NCBI GenBank assembly: GCA_016935835.1
Contig: JAFGQE010000024.1
Span: 12,338-76,337 of the forward strand
Origin: Clostridia bacterium
Lineage (GTDB): Bacteria > Bacillota > Clostridia > DUPQ01
Length of the DNA stretch: 64,000 nt
Direction: 5' to 3'
Shown here one piece after another: positions 8,762 through 17,588 of the stretch. A program made the translations under genes and the position numbers. How positions within the stretch are numbered: position 1 is the stretch's first letter; each line of letters starts with the position of its first letter. A model generated the notes under the pieces. That model saw only the letters and a program-made list of their open reading frames with translations, had not been told where the DNA came from and searched no databases.

Positions 8762-10594
8762 TCAGTTTGCCGCGCCATGCCTGCCGCGCACGGTGTACGT
8801 GGTATGGAGCAACTCATGGGACGTGTGCCCGAGCGGTTTTCCGAGGAATTCCTCATATATTTTAACTATGTCAGGATTCTCGTGGGATTTTCTGATTTTC
8901 TTTCCCTCATCCTCCCGGTACAATGCAGCCATTCGCTTTTCCTTTGCCTTCTCATCCCTGGGCCTTGGCTGACCACCACCGTTTATGCAGCCCCCCGGGC
9001 ATCCCATTACTTCTATGAATAGATACAGGCTCTCTCCATCCTTGATTTCATTCATAAGAATCCCCGCCCCCACAAGCCCGCTCGTTACGGCTACTTTCAC
9101 GGCGACTCCATTGAGGAAAGCCCATTCCTCCTTTGCATTCTCAATCACAAGCTCCGCGGTCTTGATTCTTTCGAAGCCCGCGATAGGGGCAACATGCAAC
9201 TTGTCAAAAGGCAATTGCCTTCCGGTGACCAGCTCATAGACAGTTCTGAGCGCCGCCTCCATGACGCCCCCTGTTGACCCGAATATATCTGCCGCTCCTG
9301 AAGACAGCCCAAGGGGACTGTCAAATCCGCCATCGGCGAGTTTCTCAAAATTTATTCCGGCTTCCTTGATCATCCTTGCCAGTTCCCTTGTCGTCAGTAC
9401 GGCGTCGACATTCGCAACTCCTCCGTTGACCATTTCAGGTCTGGTTATCTCATACTTTTTTGCAGTGCACGGCATTATGGATACCACATACATATCCTCC
9501 GGCCTTACCCCGATTTTTTCGGCGAAATATGATTTTGCAAGGGCGCCCAGCATCATATGGGGGGACTTGCAGGATGAAACGTTGCCGAGCTGTCCGGGAT
9601 AGTAATGCTCTATGAATTTTATCCAGCCCGGGCTGCAGCTTGTTATCATTGGAATTGTTGCATTGACATTCCTGTGAAGTCCCAGTTCATCAATTTTTTT
9701 TGCAGAAATCGCTCCCTTTTGATAAAGCATCCCGACAATTCTATTTAGGAACTCAGTTCCTTCCTCGATTATAGTAAGGTCGGCCGCGAAGTTTGTGTCG
9801 AATACATGGTCAAAACCCATATCCCTTAGGGCGGAGGCCATTTTCCCCGTGACAAGCGTACCCGCCTCATACCCGAATTCTTCACCCAGCGCCGCCCGTA
9901 TCGCGGGGGCGGTCTGAACAACCACCGTCTTAGCGGGATTTGCCAGCGCAGCCCAGACATCCTGGGTCGAGTCCTTTTCATGAAGTGCGTTCACAGGGCA
10001 TACAACAGTACACTGTCCGCAGTTTGTGCACGCCGCTTGCCCAAGCAGGGTTTTGCCCCCGGCGCTTATAGCCGATGCGAATCCCCTGTCCTGTGCGTTA
10101 AGAATTCCCACCCCCTGCACCTCATTGCATATCGTGACGCATCTCCTGCAAAGAATGCACTTCGCGGCATCCCTTACTATGGAAGGACTGCTTTCATCTA
10201 TATATTCCTTCGATTTCTCTCCTTCATAGCTGCTTTCATCGGCCTGTATTATTTCACCGACAGCCTGCAATTCGCAGCTCTTGTTCCTTGAGCAGCTAAG
10301 ACAGTCCTTGGGGTGGTCGGAAAGGATGAGCTCATACATTATCTTCCTTGATTCGCGAACCCTTTCAGTGTTCGTCCTAACCACCATGCCCTCCGATGCA
10401 GGTGTTACGCATGAGGCCTGCAGAGTCCTGGCTCCCTCGACTTCAACCATGCATATTCTGCACGAACCGGTTTTATGAATATTTTCAAGATGACATAAGG
10501 TCGGTATTTTGACATTAAGTTTCCTGGCGGCATCCAGGATAGTAGCCCCTTCCGGGACGCTTACAGATTTTCCGTTGACAGTCAGATTTATCAT
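8762..10594 (-). CDS. hydA: [FeFe]-hydrogenase-like catalytic subunit (HydA / StnC-like) with N-terminal [2Fe-2S], His-ligated and 2x[4Fe-4S] ferredoxin domains
   Basis: H-domain motifs L2 'MPCTAKKYE' and L3 'EVMGCPGGCINGGGQP' are present. L1 reads 'TSCSPGW' instead of TSCCPxW. The N-terminus has CxxC clusters and 'HPKDCLSCSRNKSC'. ATG at 10594 with an RBS GGAAGG. Confidence 0.8.
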   Translation of the reverse strand: MINLTVNGKSVSVPEGATILDAARKLNVKIPTLCHLENIHKTGSCRICMVEVEGARTLQASCVTPASEGMVVRTNTERVRESRKIMYELILSDHPKDCLSCSRNKSCELQAVGEIIQADESSYEGEKSKEYIDESSPSIVRDAAKCILCRRCVTICNEVQGVGILNAQDRGFASAISAGGKTLLGQAACTNCGQCTVVCPVNALHEKDSTQDVWAALANPAKTVVVQTAPAIRAALGEEFGYEAGTLVTGKMASALRDMGFDHVFDTNFAADLTIIEEGTEFLNRIVGMLYQKGAISAKKIDELGLHRNVNATIPMITSCSPGWIKFIEHYYPGQLGNVSSCKSPHMMLGALAKSYFAEKIGVRPEDMYVVSIMPCTAKKYEITRPEMVNGGVANVDAVLTTRELARMIKEAGINFEKLADGGFDSPLGLSSGAADIFGSTGGVMEAALRTVYELVTGRQLPFDKLHVAPIAGFERIKTAELVIENAKEEWAFLNGVAVKVAVTSGLVGAGILMNEIKDGESLYLFIEVMGCPGGCINGGGQPRPRDEKAKEKRMAALYREDEGKKIRKSHENPDIVKIYEEFLGKPLGHTSHELLHTTYTVRGRHGAAN

Positions 10595-10602
10595 ATCTTC
10601 GC

Positions 10603-13600
10603 CTAACCTTCCCGCCTGTCGCAACGCAGGCACCTCATTGCTTCGGCAGTAGCATTCAGCTTGTGAAATCCCAGTGAAACCTCATTGAAATTACCTTTCC
10701 TGTCCTTTGGATCAAGCCATTTCATCTCGAATCTCTCATGCTCCACCAATTCCGATTCATCGAAATTCATCGGTATTTCAATTTCCCTGCCCTTGTTCAG
10801 AATACCGGTGCCGCCTAGGAATCTATCTATTGCGGATGCGGCTTTCTTTCCATCGGCTATGGCAGTTATTACGGCATCGGATCCCCTGACCACGTCGCCT
10901 CCGGCAAAAATTCCTTCCATGGTTGTCATCTGTGTATCCCTGTCGACGACAAATGTCCCCCATTTCGTTATCTGAACCTCTTCCTTGCTCACAAACGGCA
11001 AATCCGAGTACTGGCTGACCGCCGGAATTATCATGTCGGCTTCTATCCTTACGGTTTCCCCGCTGCATTCCCTCGGAATCTTTCTTCCTCCCGAATCAAA
11101 TCCACGCAGTTCCATTTTTTGGCATTCGACAAATTCAATCTTTCCGTTTCCCCTGAATGCCACCGGCGACATCAACTGGTGAATCCTGACGCCCTCTTCC
11201 ATTGCGTCATTTATTTCCCTGGCATCCGCCGGCATGTCTTTTTTAGTTCTTCTGTACAATATATGAACTTCATCGGCTCCAAGCCTGAGCGCAACCCTTG
11301 CCGCGTCAATCGCCGTGTTGCCACCTCCGATGACAATGACCCTGCCGCTGACTTCAGTAAGCCTGCCAAGATGAACATCCTTCAAAAAGTCGAGCCCATG
11401 GTATACGCCGGGCATGTTTTCCCCTTCAATCCCGATTTCCTTTGAAACCTGTGCACCGGTCGCAATATATATCGAATCATGCCTGTCCTTTATTTCTTTG
11501 AAGGTTATATTCTTTCCCACTTCAGTTTCCGTCAGTATTTTTATGCCTATTTGCTTTAGTGTATTTATTTCCTTTTGCAGTATCTCCTTGGGCAGCCTGT
11601 ACTCGGGTATTGCATAGGCCAGCATCCCGCCCGCTATTTTCTCGGCTTCGTAGACCGTCACATCATACCCAAGCCTGCCAAGATAATATGCGCATGTAAG
11701 TCCCGAAGGCCCGGCTCCGATTATACCGACCGATTTATCCCTTTTTCTTGAAATGATATCAGAGAACGGGCTAGTGTCCTTCATGGCCTCATCGGCCGCA
11801 TATCTCTTCAAATCCATGATTGCAATCGGATCATCCAGCTGAGCCCTTCTGCACCTGCTTTCACAAGGATGCGTGCAAACCCTTCCGCAAACCGACGGGA
11901 ACGGATTCTCCCTTCGGATGAGATTATATGCGTCCTTCACCCTTCCTGCCGCGATAAGCGCTATATAACCCGGAACATTGACTCCCGCCGGGCATGCGTT
12001 TTCACACGGGGATATGAAAAGATCAGAACAAACGCCCGCCCTGCAGTATTTGTCCCTGATATGCTCTTCATATTCCTCCCTGAAGTATTTTATTGTGCTC
12101 AATACGGGATTGGGTGCAGTTTGCCCGAGGCCGCACAAGGCTGTGTCCTTTATCGCCTTTCCAAGCTTCTCAAGCTTCTCGATGTCGCCTTCCTTTCCCT
12201 TTCCCTTTGTAATCCTTTCAAGGATTTCCAGCATTCTTTTCGTTCCAAGCCTGCATGCCACGCATTTGCCACATGATTCATCCTGTACGAACTCCATGAA
12301 GAATCTCGCCACATCAACCATGCAGGTGTCCTCATCCATGCATATCAAACCTCCGGACCCCATGATTGCGCCAAGCTCCACCAAGGAGTCATAATCCACC
12401 GGGACATTAAGATGCTCTCCCGTAAGGCATCCGCCGGACGGGCCCCCGGTTTGCGCCACTTTGAATTTCTTGCCTCTTGGTATTCCGCCGCCAACATCAA
12501 AAATGACTTCACCCAGCGTAATTCCCATCGGAACCTCAATTATTCCGGTATTGTTTATATCCCCTGCAAGCGCAAAGACCTTTGTCCCCTTGCTTTTTTC
12601 CGTTCCTATTTGCGAAAACCAGTCCGCCCCGTTGAGTATGATGCTCCTTACGTTTCCAAAGGTCTCCACATTGTTTATTATGGTCGGTTTTCCGAACAGT
12701 CCCTTTTCAGAAGGATACGGCGGCTTTTGCCTCGGTTCCCCCCTCTGCCCTTCAACTGATGCAATCAGGGCGGTTTCCTCGCCGCATACAAAAGCACCCG
12801 CCCCTATTCTTATTTCAATATCAAAGTCAAGGCCTTTTTCAAAGATATTCTTTCCAAGTAAATTCGCTTTTTTTGCCTGCCCAAGGGCATTCTCAAGTCT
12901 CTCGACCGCAAGCGGATATTCAGCCCTGACATACACATATCCCTTGTTCGCACCGATTGCATATGCGGCTATTGCCATTCCTTCTATCAGGCTGTGCGCA
13001 TCCCCTTCCAAAAGACTTCTGTCCATGAATGCACCAGGGTCCCCTTCGTCTGCGTTGCATATGACATATTTTTCATTCCCCGGGCTCTTGTTGGCAAGCT
13101 TCCACTTCAGTCCGGTAGGGAAACCCCCGCCGCCCCTTCCCCTCAGACCGGACCGGGTCATCTCGGAAATAACATCATCGGGGGTCATTTCCGAAAGAAC
13201 TTTGTACAAACCCATGTATCCATCATTCACAACATATTCCTCAAGCGACAGGCAATCAATGCTCCCGCAGTTCTTCAGCACTATCTTCTGCTGGCTTTTG
13301 AAAAAATCTATGTCCTTGATAAATGGAACCGGTTCGCCCGTTTCCTTGTCCTTAATGCAGAATTCCGTTGCTATCCCGCCTTCGATTATGTCCTTGCGCA
13401 CAATTGTTTCCATGTCCTGTGGCCCAAGGTTGCAATAGAAGACATCCCCCGGTTTTACTATCATCGCAGGGCCGATGTTGCATGTTCCCATGCATCCAGT
13501 CAGTTTCAAGTCTATTTTCTTATCCGGGCAAAGTCTGGCCAGCGCCTTTACAAGGGCATCCTTGACCGCCCCGCAGTTCGATGAAATGCATCCGGCGCCC

Positions 13601-13701
13601 GAACATATCAGTATGGTATAGTCATATTGCCTTTGTCTCTCCAGATAGCCCGCCTTTATTTCTTCAAGGTTCTTTCTTCCATTGATTGGTTTTGAACTCA
13701 T
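10603..13701 (-). CDS. hydB: NuoF-like FMN/NAD(H) subunit (HydB-like), fused at the C-terminus to a GltD/NfnB-like FAD/NAD(P)H oxidoreductase domain
   Basis: 1032 aa. The N-terminus is a thioredoxin-like [2Fe-2S] domain, followed by the NuoF motifs ('GRGGGGFPTGLKW', 'ESCGKCVACRLG'). Then come a GltD-type 2x[4Fe-4S] region and an 'IIGAGPSGL' Rossmann fold. RBS AGGAGG. Confidence 0.8.
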   Translation of the reverse strand: MSSKPINGRKNLEEIKAGYLERQRQYDYTILICSGAGCISSNCGAVKDALVKALARLCPDKKIDLKLTGCMGTCNIGPAMIVKPGDVFYCNLGPQDMETIVRKDIIEGGIATEFCIKDKETGEPVPFIKDIDFFKSQQKIVLKNCGSIDCLSLEEYVVNDGYMGLYKVLSEMTPDDVISEMTRSGLRGRGGGGFPTGLKWKLANKSPGNEKYVICNADEGDPGAFMDRSLLEGDAHSLIEGMAIAAYAIGANKGYVYVRAEYPLAVERLENALGQAKKANLLGKNIFEKGLDFDIEIRIGAGAFVCGEETALIASVEGQRGEPRQKPPYPSEKGLFGKPTIINNVETFGNVRSIILNGADWFSQIGTEKSKGTKVFALAGDINNTGIIEVPMGITLGEVIFDVGGGIPRGKKFKVAQTGGPSGGCLTGEHLNVPVDYDSLVELGAIMGSGGLICMDEDTCMVDVARFFMEFVQDESCGKCVACRLGTKRMLEILERITKGKGKEGDIEKLEKLGKAIKDTALCGLGQTAPNPVLSTIKYFREEYEEHIRDKYCRAGVCSDLFISPCENACPAGVNVPGYIALIAAGRVKDAYNLIRRENPFPSVCGRVCTHPCESRCRRAQLDDPIAIMDLKRYAADEAMKDTSPFSDIISRKRDKSVGIIGAGPSGLTCAYYLGRLGYDVTVYEAEKIAGGMLAYAIPEYRLPKEILQKEINTLKQIGIKILTETEVGKNITFKEIKDRHDSIYIATGAQVSKEIGIEGENMPGVYHGLDFLKDVHLGRLTEVSGRVIVIGGGNTAIDAARVALRLGADEVHILYRRTKKDMPADAREINDAMEEGVRIHQLMSPVAFRGNGKIEFVECQKMELRGFDSGGRKIPRECSGETVRIEADMIIPAVSQYSDLPFVSKEEVQITKWGTFVVDRDTQMTTMEGIFAGGDVVRGSDAVITAIADGKKAASAIDRFLGGTGILNKGREIEIPMNFDESELVEHERFEMKWLDPKDRKGNFNEVSLGFHKLNATAEAMRCLRCDRREG

Positions 13702-13713
13702 ACAGCAATCCTC

Positions 13714-14214
13714 CTATTCATACTGCGCAAGGATCTGACGAAGTTTATTCGGATTTACACGTTTATAAACTGTATCGTCTATCGCAATTGCGGGAGCCAG
13801 TCCGCAGGCGCCGATGCATCTCATGACTTCAAGTGAAAAAGTCATGTCCTTGGTCGTTTCCCCTACATCAATCTCCAGCAATTCCTTTATTCTTTCCACT
13901 ATCTTGCTTCCGCCCCTTACATAACAGGCGGTTCCAAGGCAGACTTTTATGGTATGCTTCCCCTTGGGTTGCGTTGAGAACAGGGAATAAAAGGAAACGA
14001 CTCCCTGGATCCTTGACATGGAAAGATTCATCTCGTCCGCTATTGTAATCAAGACGTTTTCCGGCAGGTAGCCAAAGATCGCCTGCGCCATGTGGAGAAT
14101 TTGAATCAGATTGCTTTCCTTTGCCTCATACTTTTCTATGGTTTGCCTAAGAAGTGAAAATTTCTCATTTTCATTGATTTCGCAGCATCCGCACTGCGTC
14201 TCATTGTTTGACAT
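13714..14214 (-). CDS. hydC: NuoE-like thioredoxin-fold [2Fe-2S] subunit (HydC-like)
   Basis: 166 aa with 'CLGTACYVRGG...CIGACGLAP' NuoE cysteine motifs. RBS GGGGGTG. First gene of the three-gene operon. Confidence 0.8.
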   Translation of the reverse strand: MSNNETQCGCCEINENEKFSLLRQTIEKYEAKESNLIQILHMAQAIFGYLPENVLITIADEMNLSMSRIQGVVSFYSLFSTQPKGKHTIKVCLGTACYVRGGSKIVERIKELLEIDVGETTKDMTFSLEVMRCIGACGLAPAIAIDDTVYKRVNPNKLRQILAQYE

Positions 14215-14470
14215 TGATGCACCCCCGTTATTTTTTCATAATCCCCGCAGAATCAGAGTCATGTGTTTGATTCATTCGGCAATGCCCTCCGTCATGCGGT
14301 TTCGTGCAGTCTCCGGATGTGGGCTGCACGGCAATTCATATGACCCGGACCAAGCTTACTCTTCATTGGAATCCCCAAATTTCCTATGAAAAAACGGATG
14401 CCGCCAAGTCCCTGATAATTAATGATCAACTTGGATGGCCGGGTCTGCAGTGGCAACCGCATTCAAAAGA

Positions 14471-14554
14471 TTGTCAAATATTTATCAATCTTTAATAAAT
14501 ATTATACAATTGTAAATACTGTTTGCGCAAGTACTTTTGTGAATTATTTATCAA
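14471..14554. promoter_or_regulatory. two copies of an 18-bp Rex-like operator (TTGTCAAATATTTATCAA at 14471-14488; TTGTGAATTATTTATCAA at 14537-14554) flanking a candidate minus-strand promoter (-10 TATAAT = complement of 14501-14506)
   Basis: The repeated motif is close to the Rex consensus TTGTGAA-N4-TTCACAA. It lies in the upstream region of the hydC-hydB-hydA operon. Confidence 0.4.
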
Positions 14555-14625
14555 TGTTTCGGGTTATTTTTTGCGCAATAAAATAAAAGGGCAAGGTTTA
14601 AAACATATGTTTTTTATTCGTTGGT

Positions 14626-15660
14626 TTAACCCCTGCTTTGTACGAATGATTTCAATGTTTCCACAATGCGCAGAACATCCTCGCCGGAAACTCCGAAATT
14701 TGTGACAAACCGAAAAACCCCTTGGTCCGGCGGATACACCTTTATGCCATTTTTAAAGAAATATTCTTTGAAATCACTGGAATCGATTGCGAAATCCAGC
14801 CTGAAGAAAACCATGTTTATATCCCGCCTGTCCTCAAATACGCTGACCCCGGCAATTTTTCCAAGTCCTTTTGCAAGAGTGTCCGCGTTTGCATGATCTT
14901 CATCAAGCCTTGCTGCCATCTTTTTCAATGCTATCAGTCCGGGCGCGGCCAGAACCCCCGCCTGTCTCATTCCTCCGCCCATGATTTTTCTTTTATACCG
15001 GGCCCGTTCAATGAAATCCCCGGTTCCGGCTAAAATTGACCCGACCGGCGCACCCAGGCCTTTTGACAGGCAGAACATAACGGAATCACAATGCTTTGTT
15101 ATATCCTCTGCTTCCGTTCCCATGGAAACCGCCGCATTGAACAGCCTTGCTCCGTCAAGATGAACAGGTATGCCAAATCTATGCGCAACATCATATACAT
15201 CCTTCATCTTTTCGGGGGCTATGGCCCTTCCGCTTGAATGGGCGTTCTCAACGCAGACAAGCCCTGTTTCGGGAAAATGGATATCCCTTTCCTTCCTGAT
15301 TCTCTTTTCAAGTTCCCCGGGGTCAAGGATACCCAAAGGGCAATTGACGGCGCGCAACTGGACCCCGGCAATTATAGAAGCGGCGCCGGCCTCATGCTCG
15401 ACTATATGGCAGCTTTCATCCAAAATAACCTCATTGCCCCTGGAACAATGTGTAAAAAGCGAAAGCTGGTTTCCGAACGTTCCGCTTGGAACAAAAATCG
15501 CAGCTTCCTTTCCCGCGACTCTCGCTGATTCCTTTTCAAGCTCGATTACCGTGGGATCATCCCCGCAGACATCGTCCCCGACCTCCGCATTATACATGGC
15601 CAGCCTCATCTCTTCCGTGGGTTTTGTTACGGTATCACTCCGAATATCAATCATCCTCAT
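14626..15660 (-). CDS. ltaE: low-specificity L-threonine aldolase
   Basis: 'IDLRSDTVTKPT' N-terminus, a PLP-lysine region, and the beta-eliminating-lyase family signature throughout. Confidence 0.8.
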   Translation of the reverse strand: MRMIDIRSDTVTKPTEEMRLAMYNAEVGDDVCGDDPTVIELEKESARVAGKEAAIFVPSGTFGNQLSLFTHCSRGNEVILDESCHIVEHEAGAASIIAGVQLRAVNCPLGILDPGELEKRIRKERDIHFPETGLVCVENAHSSGRAIAPEKMKDVYDVAHRFGIPVHLDGARLFNAAVSMGTEAEDITKHCDSVMFCLSKGLGAPVGSILAGTGDFIERARYKRKIMGGGMRQAGVLAAPGLIALKKMAARLDEDHANADTLAKGLGKIAGVSVFEDRRDINMVFFRLDFAIDSSDFKEYFFKNGIKVYPPDQGVFRFVTNFGVSGEDVLRIVETLKSFVQSRG

Positions 15661-16034
15661 ACAATTCTTCCTTTCACCCGGGTTTCAACCGGCATTGTGT
15701 CAGAGTGTTCTAACAATGAAATTATAGTCGGTTGCCTGTTCGCTTCATAATTTATAATATAAAATACCGGGGGTTTTCACAAGTATGCTTCTATCCGGAC
15801 CCAGTATATTTTTGCTGCCCTTATATCAGCATGCCCAACCCGATTATACTGCGGGTCACGACGGCCGCTTTGACTATCCGGCTTATTCCGGTTTTCCTGT
15901 ATGCCGGAAATCTTATCCTCCCGCTTCTGTCAAAAACCTTGTTTATTAAAAAACCGGCAACTATCACTATATAGAAATGGATTTAACCTTCGATTTATAT
16001 TAAAATGTGTTTAAATATTTACAGGAGGCACTTC

Positions 16035-16382
16035 ATGGACAAAATGACAAGAATCGATATCATAACCAGACCTTCGAAATTTGATGAGCTAAAGGAAGCC
16101 CTCAATTCAATCGGGGTTACGGGAATGACCGTAAGCCAGGTGATGGGATGTGGAATGCAAAAAGGCTCCCGGGAGATGTACCGCGGGACCCCTGTTGAAA
16201 TAACGCTTCTCCCAAAGATTAAAATTGAAACCGTTGTCTGCGAAGTCCCTGTTGACCTTGTGATTGAAACCGCAAAAAAGGTTCTCTATACCGGGGAGAT
16301 AGGCGACGGGAAAATTTTTGTATATACCGTTGATAATGCAATAAAGATCCGCACCGGTGAAGAGGGCGTAAAGGCGCTGTAG
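16035..16382 (+). CDS. glnB: nitrogen regulatory protein P-II (GlnB/GlnK family)
   Basis: 112-115 aa with a T-loop 'GMQKGSREMYRG' and the C-terminal 'GDGKIFV' motif. An RBS AGGAGG precedes the ATG at 16035. Confidence 0.8.
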   Translation: MDKMTRIDIITRPSKFDELKEALNSIGVTGMTVSQVMGCGMQKGSREMYRGTPVEITLLPKIKIETVVCEVPVDLVIETAKKVLYTGEIGDGKIFVYTVDNAIKIRTGEEGVKAL

Positions 16383-16408
16383 AGCTTGTTTTCTGTACTT
16401 AGCTTCTT

Positions 16409-16867
16409 TTATTTGCCCAATGCTTCAAGGATTTGCGCCGCATGCTCATTTGGCGAAACCTTCGGGAACACATGTGAAATCAACCGGTCCTCTCCAATTA
16501 TGAAGGTAGACCGCACTATTCCCATGTATTTTTTCCCATACATGCTTTTTTCGCCCCATGCTCCGTATGCCCCGGCCGTCAAATGGTCTTCGTCCGAAAG
16601 CAGATGGAAGGGTAGTCCAAGCTTTTCCCTGAAGTTATCATGTGAGGTTTGTCCATCCGGGCTAATTCCGACAATCACCGCGCCGGCATCCATGATGTCA
16701 TCATAAACATCCCTGAATCCCTCCGCCTCTATGGTGCAACCGGATGTGTTATCCTTGGGGTAAAAATACAGGACCACCTTTTTCCCCTCGAAATTTTTCA
16801 GTGAAATCTCTTTTCCCTCATGGTTTTTCAATATGAAATCAACTGCCCTGTCTCCTGGTTTAAGCAT
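16409..16867 (-). CDS. bcp: thiol peroxidase, bacterioferritin-comigratory-protein (Bcp)-type peroxiredoxin
   Basis: 'FYPKDNTSGCT' peroxidatic-Cys motif. RBS AGGAGG. Confidence 0.8.
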   Translation of the reverse strand: MLKPGDRAVDFILKNHEGKEISLKNFEGKKVVLYFYPKDNTSGCTIEAEGFRDVYDDIMDAGAVIVGISPDGQTSHDNFREKLGLPFHLLSDEDHLTAGAYGAWGEKSMYGKKYMGIVRSTFIIGEDRLISHVFPKVSPNEHAAQILEALGK

Positions 16868-17009
16868 TTCTTCGTCCTCCTGTCAGGTATTATTAATATT
16901 CATACCCCTCTCCAAAGGCGGATAACAGGGCAAAAACAGCTGTTTTTTGCGGATTTGAAGAAAAAAGGCCGCCAATTTGATATATTTTTCAACTAAAAAA
17001 ATAATTCTC

Positions 17010-17038
17010 TTGTGTTAAATATGTTTATACTATATAAT
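17010..17038 (+). promoter_or_regulatory. sigma-A-type promoter (TTGTGT-N17-TATAAT) about 200 nt upstream of the zinc-ribbon (zf-trcl) gene
   Basis: -35 at 17010-17015 and -10 at 17033-17038, with an exact 17-nt spacer. Confidence 0.5.
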
Positions 17039-17245
17039 ACTGTCCGTGAGGGGAAAATTCCCTTGCCCGGTAAAAGCACTTTTGTTTGAATCGGTTGGTT
17101 TGAATAATTGTTGCGGAGATTCGCTTGGTGGAATCAAATGCTCATGGGATAATGTCGGTTTCTCGGTTACCCTGGAGAAAGTTTTCTACACTTCGTCTAT
17201 ACCACAGCAATTAAAAAAAGTTTGTACAGAGAAAGAGGTAGGAAT

Positions 17246-17527
17246 ATGTACGAGGATAAGACATTGACATGTGCTGATTGCGGTGAAGAATTTCAATTCA
17301 CAGTATCGGAACAGGAATTTTACGCAGAAAAAGGGTTCTCAAATGAACCTAAAAGATGCCCTGATTGCAGATCTAATCGCAAAAGAACGCGTTTTAGCGG
17401 CGAACGTCAGATGCATGATGCAGTATGCGCAGGATGCGGGAAAAAGACACAGGTTCCCTTCAAGCCTACGGGTGAACGCCCTGTTTACTGCAGCGATTGC
17501 TTCAAAGCAAAAAGAAGTAGTTATTAA
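17246..17527 (+). CDS. tandem zinc-ribbon protein (zf-trcl-like, 'probable zinc-ribbon domain' repeated)
   Basis: 93 aa with two repeats of 'CxDCGxxFxFTxxEQEFYxEKGFxNxPKRCxxCR'. Confidence 0.6.
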   Translation: MYEDKTLTCADCGEEFQFTVSEQEFYAEKGFSNEPKRCPDCRSNRKRTRFSGERQMHDAVCAGCGKKTQVPFKPTGERPVYCSDCFKAKRSSY

Positions 17528-17562
17528 TAACAAATCTTTAGTCTAAGAGCAACGAATGAAAC

Positions 17563-17588
17563 GGCCCCGCCATGCGGGGCCTTTTTTA
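17563..17588 (+). terminator. rho-independent terminator of the zinc-ribbon gene (convergent with the crp-family gene)
   Basis: GGCCCCGC-cat-GCGGGGCC followed by TTTTTT. Confidence 0.8.

Noticed and set aside
12461-13438. 325-aa + strand ORF (and several others, 11869-12394 and 12994-13584) inside the NuoF-GltD gene
   Set aside because: These lie antisense to a gene with unmistakable NuoF and GltD motifs. They are low-complexity, Ser/Pro-rich, lack an RBS, and are typical shadow ORFs.
14290-14350. CGTGCAG-N14-CTGCACG inverted repeat in the hyd leader, considered as a riboswitch or terminator
   Set aside because: It is a single short hairpin without a T-tract or any recognisable riboswitch core. 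It is kept only as part of the long-leader observation.
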